This document shows, piece after piece, positions 17,801 to 26,800 of a stretch of DNA of 64,000 bases (its first letter is position 1; the number at the start of each line of letters is the position of its first letter). The DNA comes from an uncultured Alphaproteobacteria bacterium (lineage in GTDB: Bacteria; Pseudomonadota; Alphaproteobacteria; RF32; CAG-239), in contig CALXZH010000032.1 in the NCBI GenBank assembly GCA_944393175.1, positions 5,812-69,811 of the forward strand. The letters are read 5' to 3'. Both the position numbers and the translations under genes were made by a program. The notes beneath the pieces were generated by a model, which did not search any database, was not told where the DNA came from, and saw only the letters and a program-made list of their open reading frames with translations.

Positions 17801-20205
17801 CCTTCAAAGTCAACTTTACCGACTATGTCTCCTGATGAAGATATTACTTCTGCTTTTTCATTAACCCGTCCCAGATATTTATCTGCTAAGCTAAAGGCAT
17901 ATTTGTATTTGAATAAATTTCCTATCGGCGTTCCTGTCTTGGAATTAATATTACCGTTTGCTTGCATATAGCCGATAAATTGATTTTGTTCATTGACAAC
18001 CTGGCCATCTAAAACGCTACGCCCCAGCAAAACGCCGTTAAAACTCATTACGGGGTAATATTCTATGGCATGAGCCAAAGAAATTCCTTCATCATTTTTC
18101 AAAAAACCCCGTTTATCAATACAGCCTAAAATATTATTATTGTAATTTAGGACCTGACCGTTTGATAAAATTGTGCCAATAATATTTCCGTTGTAATCTA
18201 TAACAGCGGTCGGATTTACACTATATCCGATGTAAGCACCATTTTCTGAAACAGCCTGACCGTTTAAAAGCGGGCGCCCCATCACCGTTTCTCTGTAATT
18301 GCGAATGTCTCCGCGCGGGGTAATTATACCTAAAAGCGAACATTTATTATCAATTACGGTTGCATAATTCAGAACGCCGCCTATTGCCGAACCCGTATTG
18401 TCAATTACGGTGCCGTTTGAGGTTACACTTCCCAAATTAGACCCGCCAAAATCTCTAACTCCGCCGGCAGAGTTTACATAACCAACCAATCGGCCATTGA
18501 AGCCTTGCGCTAATGTTTGAGTATAGCCGTTTCCGATTACCGGCATCATATTTACGGATGAATTGTTTTGAGATGATATAACCGCGCCTTCGGCTCCCAA
18601 TTTACCAATAATTTTTTCGCCTCTGTCTAAAACCAGATTTTCTTCATTTAACAGGCCTAACATTTTGCCGTTCATATCAACCAAATAATTATCATCTATA
18701 ACTTTGCCGATTATGAGGTTGCGTTCGTCAATATTATAACCTGATTGTGTAAGCTTTCCGATGGTTTTGACATTTTTATTGGTTAATTCACCGTTTGGCA
18801 TAATTTGAGCCACCGGCGTGCCGGTAATGTTATAGACCGAAGATAAGGCTAAGCCTCGACCTCCCGCTTTGCCGTCAGAAGAAAATAAATATCCAAACGG
18901 TGACATATATTTCTTTTCTTCACCATCCATAACAGCGCCGCTAATACCTACCATTCCTAATGTTTGGTTATTATTATTAACGGCTATTAAATTTTTCATG
19001 GTGGCACCGATGGCTCGACCGGTATTTTCATAGGCAATATTATCAATTATATATCCGGCAGGGGTGCCTTCTAAGCTCACAACCGAACCATTTTTTACGC
19101 CATGCCCTTGTAAACCGCCGCGATAGTCAAAAACCGGACCGGACTGGATGATTTTACCGATTAAATCACCGTTTGGAGATAGAACCGTTCCTCTGGGGCC
19201 TACCCGTCCAACGACTTCTCTGCCTTTGATAATTAGACCTTCAGGCACAACGCGGCCTAAATATTTTCCGCTCAAATCGGTTGCCGTGGCGGCAAAGTCA
19301 ACTACCGAACCTATTTGTTCTCCTTGGTCGTTTACAATCTTTTCATCAGCCTGTAAGCGGCCAACAACTGAATTTTTGTTAACAACTTCGCCGTTATAAG
19401 TGACAAATCCTAAATATTTTCCGGAATTGTCAATTCCATAACCGGAGCGAACGATACTTCCGATGATTTGGTTATTCTCGTTGTAGACAAAGCCGTTGGC
19501 TTTGATATAGCCTATTGTTTCCGTATTAAAGTTGGTAACATTTCCGCCGGGGGCAACACTGCCGATGAATTCTCCGGTTAAAGAAACAACCATTTTGGAT
19601 GAAATTAAACGTCCGTCCAAAAGGTAGTCTTGACCTACACGACGATAGGCGTATCCGTCAGGAGAGATAAAGCCTATAACTTGCCCTTGTAAATTTGTGT
19701 ATACACCGTCACCACTCAAGCGTCCTACCGTTTTCCCGTCATCTGAATAAATTAAACCCGGAAAAAGAACAGCTCCGACAATATTGAAGAAATCGTCCAA
19801 GACCAAACCGTTCGGTAAAACCTTGGCAATAATTTTTCCCGAAGGCAAACGAACAGAGCCATCCGTATTAACCTTGCCGAGTGGTTTATTATCATTACCG
19901 ATTGCAATACCTTGCGGAACAACACCACCGATGATGTTGCCGTCAAAATCCGTGATTAAGCTGTCGGCCGTCACATTACCGATTAGTTGGTTATCGTAGC
20001 TGACAACTTTACCATCAGGAATGACCTTACCGATTAAGTCACCATTAAAATTTACTGCCGTAATTTCTTGCGCATGGGCAATTGTCGCCATAACGGTTTG
20101 GATACTTAAAACTGCACAAACCGCTAATATCTTTAACCAATGCTTATTCCATACAGACCGTTTCAACTTAATTCCTCCGGTTCTTTGCAACTTCTTGCAA
20201 AGCAT
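14836..20205 (-). CDS. virB10: Giant VirB10-like protein (1789 aa): signal peptide, roughly 1400 aa of tandem NG-x-VIG / DGTVVD repeats, Gly-rich linker, C-terminal VirB10/TrbI barrel domain
   Basis: C-terminal VirB10 signatures IPAGSRIMGTLGS..., GITGDAQGRGGALGYLDQQ and TYVPAGTRIIVYPNVDLW. N-terminal signal ILAVCAVLSIQTVMATIAHA. 51-aa super-repeats LAYDANGNVIGRILPDGTVVDANGNVIGRVNANGEIVDANGNVIGV.SKEQ recur. The position between virB9 and virB11 fits. Confidence 0.75.
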   Translation of the reverse strand: MLCKKLQRTGGIKLKRSVWNKHWLKILAVCAVLSIQTVMATIAHAQEITAVNFNGDLIGKVIPDGKVVSYDNQLIGNVTADSLITDFDGNIIGGVVPQGIAIGNDNKPLGKVNTDGSVRLPSGKIIAKVLPNGLVLDDFFNIVGAVLFPGLIYSDDGKTVGRLSGDGVYTNLQGQVIGFISPDGYAYRRVGQDYLLDGRLISSKMVVSLTGEFIGSVAPGGNVTNFNTETIGYIKANGFVYNENNQIIGSIVRSGYGIDNSGKYLGFVTYNGEVVNKNSVVGRLQADEKIVNDQGEQIGSVVDFAATATDLSGKYLGRVVPEGLIIKGREVVGRVGPRGTVLSPNGDLIGKIIQSGPVFDYRGGLQGHGVKNGSVVSLEGTPAGYIIDNIAYENTGRAIGATMKNLIAVNNNNQTLGMVGISGAVMDGEEKKYMSPFGYLFSSDGKAGGRGLALSSVYNITGTPVAQIMPNGELTNKNVKTIGKLTQSGYNIDERNLIIGKVIDDNYLVDMNGKMLGLLNEENLVLDRGEKIIGKLGAEGAVISSQNNSSVNMMPVIGNGYTQTLAQGFNGRLVGYVNSAGGVRDFGGSNLGSVTSNGTVIDNTGSAIGGVLNYATVIDNKCSLLGIITPRGDIRNYRETVMGRPLLNGQAVSENGAYIGYSVNPTAVIDYNGNIIGTILSNGQVLNYNNNILGCIDKRGFLKNDEGISLAHAIEYYPVMSFNGVLLGRSVLDGQVVNEQNQFIGYMQANGNINSKTGTPIGNLFKYKYAFSLADKYLGRVNEKAEVISSSGDIVGKVDFEGNVLKDNTKIGYALYDFYIYDNDYEVIGVIQKDGTILSFINQNLGRLSKGFLIDKNNELKGRGNRDFYIRDEANRILGELNLKGELVDSNNMVLGTITKNGNIIDSQGRVIATAKPLQYYGEVVVREKVYDANGNLIGYVNADGTVVDENGNIIGRVQNGKVVDSNGNVIGELASTKLAYDANGNVIGRILPDGTVVDENGNVIGKVGPNGEILDANGNIIGSITAPQQEGRLAYDMNGNVIGRILPDGTVVDANGNVIGRVNANGEIVDANGNVIGVASKEQLAYDVNGNVIGRILPDGTVVDANGNIIGRVNANGEIVDANGNVIGVTSKEKLAYDAKGNVIGRILPDGTVVDANGNVIGKVNAKGEIVDANGNVIGVAGTEQFAYDANGNIIGRVLPDGTVVDANGNVIGRVNANGEVVDVNGKVIGKANVDNLAFDENGNVIGRVLADGTVVDANGRVVGKVNANGEVVDANGKVIGKVRKPSWYKRPGKLPEIGLSPEETEMTEKYRRSLGIALTPDGEYLGEIMEDGSVVNKEGKVVGRRMPDGLVIDDDGALIGIEETAKPSAGDMFIPAGTFGQGGAYGTGTGPGGNLGPGGGFGPGERYDPQRAMALDAAQQERRSNMQVGKISSNISPDAFDGMQKNWDEQGIKKAISSWRVDLSEMIFADKPIPAVIARSIDSNNPTPVTAFVERNIYAEEGRKIIIPAGSRIMGTLGSLTGTSETTSQSAKVQISWERLIRPDGSLFVFNGITGDAQGRGGALGYLDQQLFKKYTLPIMTTALTSYTSYIMADDDDTDSGNVNETPKQQAANDARQNFLNQMNQVFEQILSDKTNIRPLTYVPAGTRIIVYPNVDLWMRTRERNPQELGGGGKKDVLIDDPVVTGKRELERNKRSLGKSESSPTGGSNVVYEAQGIDVEAKGSTPSLIDDKPANTGKQSNNPPALISNTSTGATPPPPPSFATSSTPGAATSSSKTTTDSSVPQLF
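16330..17430 (-). repeat. Near-identical tandem coding repeats inside virB10. 153-bp super-units are built from three sub-repeats of about 45-51 bp.
   Basis: Repeated DNA strings such as ccatccggcaaaattcgaccgattacattgcc and gcatctacaaccgtaccatccgg recur every roughly 150 bp with few mismatches. Confidence 0.85.
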
Positions 20206-23200
20206 ATCCCGCTACTTTTTTATCCAAATTTATGTATGAGCCGTTGTTTTTCAGGTAGCCTACATTTTTGCCGTCGGCATCCAATACTGCACCGTCTGAT
20301 GACAAGCGACCAACATAATTACCATCATTGCTCAATATTGTTGCCCCGATTTTATAAACCTTTCCAATAATATTATCGTTGTTGTCGATTGCCAAATCTC
20401 CGGACAAAGCGCGACCAATCAGGCTACCGTCTTTATCCCTGATTTTACCATCAAAATTTACATAGCCTACTACTTTATCTGAGTTATCAATAACTATATC
20501 GCCGCGGACAACTTCTCCGATTAATTTACCGGCAGAGCTTATTACATTTCCATCCGATAAAACGCGGCCGACTACAACGTTGTCTTTATCTACGACCGAG
20601 CCGTTCGGCATTACTGCTCCTATAGCGTTTCCACCGAAATCAATTACGGCTCCTCGCGGTAACAGGCTTAGATTTTTATCTGATGAACCACCGGGCAATA
20701 CTGCCGAAACGACTTCATCTTTCAGGTCAATGACATCGCCTAATGAGTTGACGCGCCCTTTGTAGTTGCCCCAAATATCTATTACAATATTTTCAGGAAT
20801 AATCTCGCCGATTACTTTCCCTTTCATATCAACAACTTTGTTATCCGAAGTGGCCAATCCAATCTTTACGCCATCCATATTAATAACACCGCCGTCGGTT
20901 ATCGCATAGCCTAAAAATGAACCATCATAACCTATTGCGCTGCCTCTTGAAATGACTCCGCCCTTATAATTGCCTTTTGCATCAATGTAGTTTCCTTTTG
21001 CATCAATTGTTCCTAAGACTTCGCCAAATCTGGTGATGACTTGCCCGTCATGGTTAACCAGCCCTATTTGATTGCCTTGAAAATCCGAAACAAAGCCTTT
21101 TTTGACCGGTGAACCTATTTGTTTATTATAAAAATTCGTGCCGTCGCCATGGATTTTGCCAAGGGCAACACCTTTGCCATCATAGATTTCTCCGTCCGGG
21201 AAAAGCCTGCCCATAAATTTACCTTCCGGCGAGAGAATGGTTGATTTTTCATCCATCAACACACCTATGATTTCATTTCTGTCATTTGCAACCAAATTGT
21301 TTGCATATAATCTGGCATCCGGCTGGCCGCTAATCGATACTTTGCCGTTGGGGCCAACCAAATTGATAAAGTTGCCGCGTAAGTCGTAGGCATAAGTTTT
21401 ATCCAAAACCTTGCCGATATATGCTCCGTCTCGGTTAAATACGTCGCCGTAAGTTCCGACACATCCAACCGGCTGCTGAGAAATGGCTATAACCAGTCCA
21501 TCGGCTGAAACTTGTCCTAAATATTCTCCGTCGTAGGAAACGGCAACACCGTTTTTGGCAACACCACCGACTACCTCTCCTTTATCACTTAAGACTGTTC
21601 CGTCGGGATTAACACAACCGACGTAAACGCCTTCTTTGGTGCGAACAATACCATCCGTACCGACATCGCCTAAATAGGTGCAATTATTATCAAAAACTTT
21701 TCCGGTTTTTACGACTTCGCCTACATAGTTATTTTCTGCATCCAAAATAACACCGTCCGGCATCGGCTTGAGTTTTGTTTCGGTATTTCCTTTACGGATT
21801 TTGCCATCTTCTTCCAAATAGCCTATGTTTTTACAGCCGTAGCCAACAACCAGTCCTCCACGTACAAGCTTGGCCACAACATCTGAGCCCGATGGGTCTC
21901 TGACTAAACCATTTGCCAATACACGACCTACGACCTTGGAATTTTGAGTTATCGTACCGTCATTATTTAATTTGCCGAGAACTGTTCCTTTGGGGGTTAT
22001 CGGTATCATTCGGGTCTGAACCAAGGCGCCTAATGTCTTGTCTTGCGTACTGACGATATTGCCGTTTTCATCAACGTAGCCTATTTCATTGCCTTTTAAG
22101 TCATAAACTTTGCCGTCTTCCGTAACATAGCCAACAATTTTTCCGTCTTTATCCAGCACCATATTGACCACTTCACCGGCTTTTCCGATTACATTGCCCT
22201 GCAGGTCAACCAAAGTGCCGTCATCAAGCATCTTTCCGATTATATTGCCATCAAAGTCTACAACATTGCCGTTTTCATCAATGTAACCGATTATATTGCC
22301 GTCCTTATCATAGGCTAACCTGCGTTGAGCGCCGATATTTAAATCCGCAACTTTTCCGATGACGTTACCATTGTTATCTACAACCGTGCCATCAGGCAAT
22401 ACTCGACCGATGATGTTGCCTTTTGCATCACGCACATTGCCGTTTTCATCTACATAGCCGATAACATTGCCGTTTTTATCGTAGACCAGACGTCGACCGG
22501 GGATATTTGCAGCCTGCCCGATAATGTTGCCTTTTTCATCTACAATTGTGCCATCAGGCTGAACTTTACCGATTACATTGCCATTTAAATCAATTACCTT
22601 ACCATCTTTATCAACATAGCCGATAACGTTGCCGTTTTTGTCATAAGCCAAGCGACGTTGCGGTATTGTGGCCGCTTTACCGATAATATTGCCGTTTTCG
22701 TCAACGACATTTCCGTTGGCATCTACTCGGCCGATGATATTGCCGTTTGAATCTATAACATTGCCGTTGGCATCTACATAACCTATGACTTTGCCATTTT
22801 TGTCATAGGCTAGTTTTACGGCTCCGCCCGCATTTCCTAAAACGTTTTTACCAACAACTTTACCATTTTCATCAACATAACCGACTACGTTACCGTTTGC
22901 GTCAACAACTGTTCCGTCAGGCATTACCACGCCTAAAACATTACCATTTTCATCTACCGCAACTCGTCCTTGTTTGCTTACTTTGCCTATAACATTTCCG
23001 TCGGCATCTACGACTTCACCATTGGCATTTAAGCGGCCGATTACGTTACCGTTCATATCCGTTACGGTTCCGTCAGGTTGAACTCGACCGATGATGTTGC
23101 CGTTTGAATCATAGACAAAGCCGGCATCTACCGCTTTACCAATAACATTTCCGTTCATGTCAACAACCGTACCGTCGGGCAGGACTCGACCGATAACATT

Positions 23201-24091
23201 GCCGTCTTTATCTACAACCGTGCCGTCTGGATTGACATAGCCTATAACATTGCCGTTTTCATCATAAACCAAACGACGGTTTTCGGCCACGCCTATCACG
23301 TTGCCGTTTTCATCTACCACCATTCCGGCGGAGTTTACTCGGCCGATGATGTTGCCGTTGGCGTCTCTGACATAGCCGTCTTCATCTATTGTGCCAATAA
23401 CTTCTCCGTTTGGACCGATGGCGTTTCTGGTTTTCATTGCACCTTGTTTCGTATCCCCACTTGCTGCCGCAGAAGTGGTCGGAACCTGCTCACAAAAATT
23501 ACAATCTTCTTTGCGGATTGCATTGCCTTCTACCGGTACTTTTTCAGATTTAGCATTGGCAGTCGTTAAGTTGGACTCATGCCAAGTTACGATAAAATTG
23601 TTTTGAACATTTCCGGGAACAACCGGTGTCCAACTCATGGTTATATCACAAGTTTGGTGTCCGCGAAGTTCTTTGCCGGAGCAATCATCTCTAAATTCGA
23701 ATCCATCAAAAGGAGGTTCCGCAAGTTGTACTGACACTATTTGAATGGAAGCCTTGGCATTGGTTCCGATGGTTAAAACATTTTTGGCATCCGTGCCCAA
23801 AACAACTTGTCCCATTTGCACCGGATTTGGCGTAGTGGTTATCGGCGGTTCATTATTGTCTATCATGCCAAATTCAAGGTTGGTGCTGGGTCCCGTATCC
23901 GGCATTATATCTAACGCGTCATCATTGGCCGTAAATACCGGTTCGGTATATTCATTGGCCGTGTCGTCACTTTGCATTAAAAGCATTACACCAAATGCAA
24001 AGACAACAAAAGAGGTCAGACCAATCACAAAGATAATGCGATTGGTCTTTCTGACATAACTTTCCGAATGTGTTAATACCTCTTTGCTCAT
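20168..24091 (-). CDS. TM-anchored giant repeat protein (1307 aa) of the same NG-x-VIG / DGTVVD repeat family as VirB10. T4SS-associated, function unknown.
   Basis: N-terminal signal-anchor IIFVIGLTSFVVFAFGVMLLM. Repeats LAYDKNGNVIGYVD.DGKVIDLNGNVIGKV run through most of the length. Its start overlaps the virB9 stop and its end overlaps the virB10 start by 38 nt. Confidence 0.65.
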   Translation of the reverse strand: MSKEVLTHSESYVRKTNRIIFVIGLTSFVVFAFGVMLLMQSDDTANEYTEPVFTANDDALDIMPDTGPSTNLEFGMIDNNEPPITTTPNPVQMGQVVLGTDAKNVLTIGTNAKASIQIVSVQLAEPPFDGFEFRDDCSGKELRGHQTCDITMSWTPVVPGNVQNNFIVTWHESNLTTANAKSEKVPVEGNAIRKEDCNFCEQVPTTSAAASGDTKQGAMKTRNAIGPNGEVIGTIDEDGYVRDANGNIIGRVNSAGMVVDENGNVIGVAENRRLVYDENGNVIGYVNPDGTVVDKDGNVIGRVLPDGTVVDMNGNVIGKAVDAGFVYDSNGNIIGRVQPDGTVTDMNGNVIGRLNANGEVVDADGNVIGKVSKQGRVAVDENGNVLGVVMPDGTVVDANGNVVGYVDENGKVVGKNVLGNAGGAVKLAYDKNGKVIGYVDANGNVIDSNGNIIGRVDANGNVVDENGNIIGKAATIPQRRLAYDKNGNVIGYVDKDGKVIDLNGNVIGKVQPDGTIVDEKGNIIGQAANIPGRRLVYDKNGNVIGYVDENGNVRDAKGNIIGRVLPDGTVVDNNGNVIGKVADLNIGAQRRLAYDKDGNIIGYIDENGNVVDFDGNIIGKMLDDGTLVDLQGNVIGKAGEVVNMVLDKDGKIVGYVTEDGKVYDLKGNEIGYVDENGNIVSTQDKTLGALVQTRMIPITPKGTVLGKLNNDGTITQNSKVVGRVLANGLVRDPSGSDVVAKLVRGGLVVGYGCKNIGYLEEDGKIRKGNTETKLKPMPDGVILDAENNYVGEVVKTGKVFDNNCTYLGDVGTDGIVRTKEGVYVGCVNPDGTVLSDKGEVVGGVAKNGVAVSYDGEYLGQVSADGLVIAISQQPVGCVGTYGDVFNRDGAYIGKVLDKTYAYDLRGNFINLVGPNGKVSISGQPDARLYANNLVANDRNEIIGVLMDEKSTILSPEGKFMGRLFPDGEIYDGKGVALGKIHGDGTNFYNKQIGSPVKKGFVSDFQGNQIGLVNHDGQVITRFGEVLGTIDAKGNYIDAKGNYKGGVISRGSAIGYDGSFLGYAITDGGVINMDGVKIGLATSDNKVVDMKGKVIGEIIPENIVIDIWGNYKGRVNSLGDVIDLKDEVVSAVLPGGSSDKNLSLLPRGAVIDFGGNAIGAVMPNGSVVDKDNVVVGRVLSDGNVISSAGKLIGEVVRGDIVIDNSDKVVGYVNFDGKIRDKDGSLIGRALSGDLAIDNNDNIIGKVYKIGATILSNDGNYVGRLSSDGAVLDADGKNVGYLKNNGSYINLDKKVAGYALQEVAKNRRN
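22180..23400 (-). repeat. Tandem coding repeats of about 87-150 bp of the NG-x-VIG family inside the 1307-aa gene
   Basis: Recurrent strings attgccgtttttatc..tacaac.gtgccatc.gg with high identity. Confidence 0.8.
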
Positions 24092-25731
24092 TGGGTTCTG
24101 ACTACGCTACAAAATACTCCGTTACGACCAAGACGACTGCAGACATTATCGCCTGATTCCAAACTCTTTACCGGTCCAACACGCAGGTGGAACAATTCCT
24201 TGCCTTGGCCGTCTGCAGGCGCATCTACCGAGAAAAACGGCTCATAACGTCCCAAAACATCAGGATATTTCTTGGATAATGTTGACCACAAATTCTCCAA
24301 ATTGGAAACATTGGCATCTGTTCCTAATTCTATTGAAATGTTTGAACTGTCTGCCCCGACAAATCCTGAGCCGAATCCATATCCTTTATTTGCTCCAGAC
24401 GTGTTGCCTGACATATTTCCGGCATACTGATTGTTGTTGCGTATGTGTTGCATTTTTGCATAGTCATACCCATCATTAGGGGGTTGGAATCCTATGTTTA
24501 TGCCATTTCCTTGTCCGGCACCGCCGTTGGCATTACCATACTGCGGAACAACCATTTCACTTTGGCCTACCTGAATGTCATATTGGCCGGGCATTCCGTT
24601 AGAGGAAGAGTTAAATTCGCTGTCTTGACCGCTGCCTCCCATAGGGCGATTGCCGCCTCCGGGCAATGTTGGCGGAACATCCCATGCCGAATCTTGGAAA
24701 TCCGTGGCATAGGTTGCATTTTCAAGTCCGGCATCGTCCGAACGTCTCATCTTTAAGCAGACTATGCGTTTTCCGTTACGCATAACCATATCGCCGATGC
24801 CTTCTACAATAATCAAGCGGTTATTGGGTCCTTTGGTTCTAAAGCCTACCGGAACTTCTATTCTTTCTACAATAAGCGTTACTATCGGGCGCTGTGTCAT
24901 ATTAAGCGCTTTTTCGCCCAAATCGATATAGGTAAATATATCATCACGCCATACTCTTTCCGGCGCAATTACGACATCGTCCGGATTTGGCACATAAACT
25001 TCTATATCAAAACGAAATTTCGTCGGATCTAACGGGATTTCTTTTATCCAATCACTTCTTTGAAATCTTTTGGTAAAAAGCGAATCTACGGAGTGGTTTC
25101 CGCTTGCCTTATAGGAAGATGCATTTACACCCGAACCGCCGCCAACACTGCCGCCAGCCATACCGGCACCACGAGAGCCTGCCGGCCCGTCTATTACATC
25201 AATATCTATAATTGAGTTTGTTAACCTTTCAGTGTTAACACCTTCACTTTTAACGTAAAAAACATATTTGTTGCCTGAGCGTCCAAAAATTATGATATTG
25301 GTATCAACACCTACGTTTGCTCCCTTTCTGGGGTAAAGCAAGATTGTGTTAGGTCCGGAAATTTGGCCGTCAAAAGTGGCATTATCACCAATATACATAT
25401 CTTCAATCAATTCCCACTCAGGAAAATTCAATAAGGTAATCATACCTTCACGAAGACGTATCGGTAAAATTAAGTCAGGCGACCAGTAATATTTTGAATA
25501 AGCCGGCTTACTTTGTCCTTCGCCTAAATTTTGAAGGGGGTCAAGCCAGGCTGCTTGTGTCATTCCCAACGAGTTAAATCCGGCATAACCCAGATTCATC
25601 GGCATATATTGTCCCTGACTTTGGTCGGCATTTTGATCCAAACTACCCATTGTGGCCTGCGCATAAGCATTGCGGCTCAGCAATATTGCCACCGCTCCCA
25701 TTAATATCAATTTGCCAACTCTTAAAATCAT
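24088..25731 (-). CDS. virB9: VirB9-like outer-membrane/periplasmic core protein (547 aa) with a G/N/S-rich linker and a C-terminal FtsN-like SPOR (peptidoglycan-binding) domain
   Basis: Signal peptide AVAILLSRNAYAQA. VirB9-like N- and C-domains (…TNIIIFGRSGNKYVFYVKS…; …FRFDIEVYVPNPDDVVIAPERVWRDDIFTYIDLG…RLIIVEGIGDMVMRNGKRIVCL). The terminal FHLRVGPVKSLESGDNVCSRLGRNGVFCSVV closely matches the FtsN SPOR end NRVVIGPVKGKENADSTLNRLKMAGHTNCIRL. Synteny B8-B9-B10 fits. Confidence 0.7.
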   Translation of the reverse strand: MILRVGKLILMGAVAILLSRNAYAQATMGSLDQNADQSQGQYMPMNLGYAGFNSLGMTQAAWLDPLQNLGEGQSKPAYSKYYWSPDLILPIRLREGMITLLNFPEWELIEDMYIGDNATFDGQISGPNTILLYPRKGANVGVDTNIIIFGRSGNKYVFYVKSEGVNTERLTNSIIDIDVIDGPAGSRGAGMAGGSVGGGSGVNASSYKASGNHSVDSLFTKRFQRSDWIKEIPLDPTKFRFDIEVYVPNPDDVVIAPERVWRDDIFTYIDLGEKALNMTQRPIVTLIVERIEVPVGFRTKGPNNRLIIVEGIGDMVMRNGKRIVCLKMRRSDDAGLENATYATDFQDSAWDVPPTLPGGGNRPMGGSGQDSEFNSSSNGMPGQYDIQVGQSEMVVPQYGNANGGAGQGNGINIGFQPPNDGYDYAKMQHIRNNNQYAGNMSGNTSGANKGYGFGSGFVGADSSNISIELGTDANVSNLENLWSTLSKKYPDVLGRYEPFFSVDAPADGQGKELFHLRVGPVKSLESGDNVCSRLGRNGVFCSVVRTQ

Positions 25732-25747
25732 TTTTTATTACCTTATC

Positions 25748-26479
25748 TTATTTCACTCTGTTCAAGGACAAAGAATAACGATCCACCGTAAATCCAACCG
25801 GATTATTCAGACGTTCTCCATATTTAACCCTTTTTTGGCGATAGTATACGCGAAGTGATGCCGTCCAATAGTTAATTTCGGGGGCGGTAGAATCCGGATA
25901 CATGTCTTGTGTTTCATATTCGACCTGCCATAAACCGTTGCCTAATTCGTTGACAGTCAAAATTCTTACATTTCTTTGCAAACTCTTGGTGCGGATAATA
26001 TTTATCGCACGTTTGGCCGTTTTATTTAAAAATTCTTGGTAAACGGCAGGAGAGGACATTTCTTGTATCGGACCTCCGGGCATCCAGCGAGCTTCCATCT
26101 CTTGAATATCTCTGTCAAAAGAACTTCTTTGCAAAACATATTCCCGAACAAATACCTCCGTAATTGCCTTCTCGTCGGTCAAATTTCCTCGAACCGGAAC
26201 AACATTATATACTTGCTCTGCCTTAGACTGAAACGTTACCAAAAACGGCTCAATTCTAAACAGCGGCATCACCTGAATAATTGCCAAAAACAAAATAACA
26301 TTGCAGCACAAGCTGATGGCCGTAATAACCGCAAAGGCACGCGCCGTCCACAGATAGCGTTTTTCCCCAACATTTGCAACAAATACATCCTCAGAAGCGC
26401 GCGAGCGTACTGGCTCTGCCGGCTTTTGTCCGCCAATCAGACGTTGTTGTGTATTGTTTCCACCCAAACGGTTATCCAT
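25748..26479 (-). CDS. virB8: VirB8-like bitopic protein (243 aa)
   Basis: A cytoplasmic N-terminus, one TM helix AVITAISLCCNVILFLAIIQVM, a periplasmic domain, and the C-terminal NP.GF.V..Y motif (LNNPVGFTVDRYS). Confidence 0.8.
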   Translation of the reverse strand: MDNRLGGNNTQQRLIGGQKPAEPVRSRASEDVFVANVGEKRYLWTARAFAVITAISLCCNVILFLAIIQVMPLFRIEPFLVTFQSKAEQVYNVVPVRGNLTDEKAITEVFVREYVLQRSSFDRDIQEMEARWMPGGPIQEMSSPAVYQEFLNKTAKRAINIIRTKSLQRNVRILTVNELGNGLWQVEYETQDMYPDSTAPEINYWTASLRVYYRQKRVKYGERLNNPVGFTVDRYSLSLNRVK

Positions 26480-26494
26480 TGCCTATTGCCTTCT

Positions 26495-26683
26495 TTAGAT
26501 TGTTTCAACAAACCAATCAGGAAGTGTTTGAGGCAATTCAACTTGCATACAAGCACAGGGAGAGAGTTTTAATTCGTCAACACCTTTACCTACACCAACC
26601 GGCTCGGCCTCATAATAAGAACCGAAAATGCCGCAAGAGGATAAAAGCAGCAAAACAAAAAGCATTATTATCTTTTTTGACAT
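26495..26683 (-). CDS. Small lipoprotein (62 aa), VirB7-like by size and position
   Basis: Lipobox LLLSSC. It sits between the two virB8 paralogues, as in the B8-B7-B8-B9 clusters I recall from Rickettsiales. Two extra Cys. Confidence 0.5.
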   Translation of the reverse strand: MSKKIIMLFVLLLLSSCGIFGSYYEAEPVGVGKGVDELKLSPCACMQVELPQTLPDWFVETI

Positions 26684-26800
26684 GTCTTAATTTTCCTTTA
26701 TCTATATTTATTTACGCGTACTATTATAGATATTACGAAATTATACTCTTTTTCATTAAAAGTCTAATATCGTATTGCGAAAATCCCCAACTTATCTGCA

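Noticed and set aside
14836-24091. Whether the 1307-aa and 1789-aa ORFs are one frameshifted CagY-like gene
   Set aside because: The downstream ORF begins with its own convincing signal peptide, and the upstream one ends after a distinct C-terminal segment. The frames overlap by 38 nt, as in coupled genes. I treat them as two intact genes, though an ancestral single gene is plausible.
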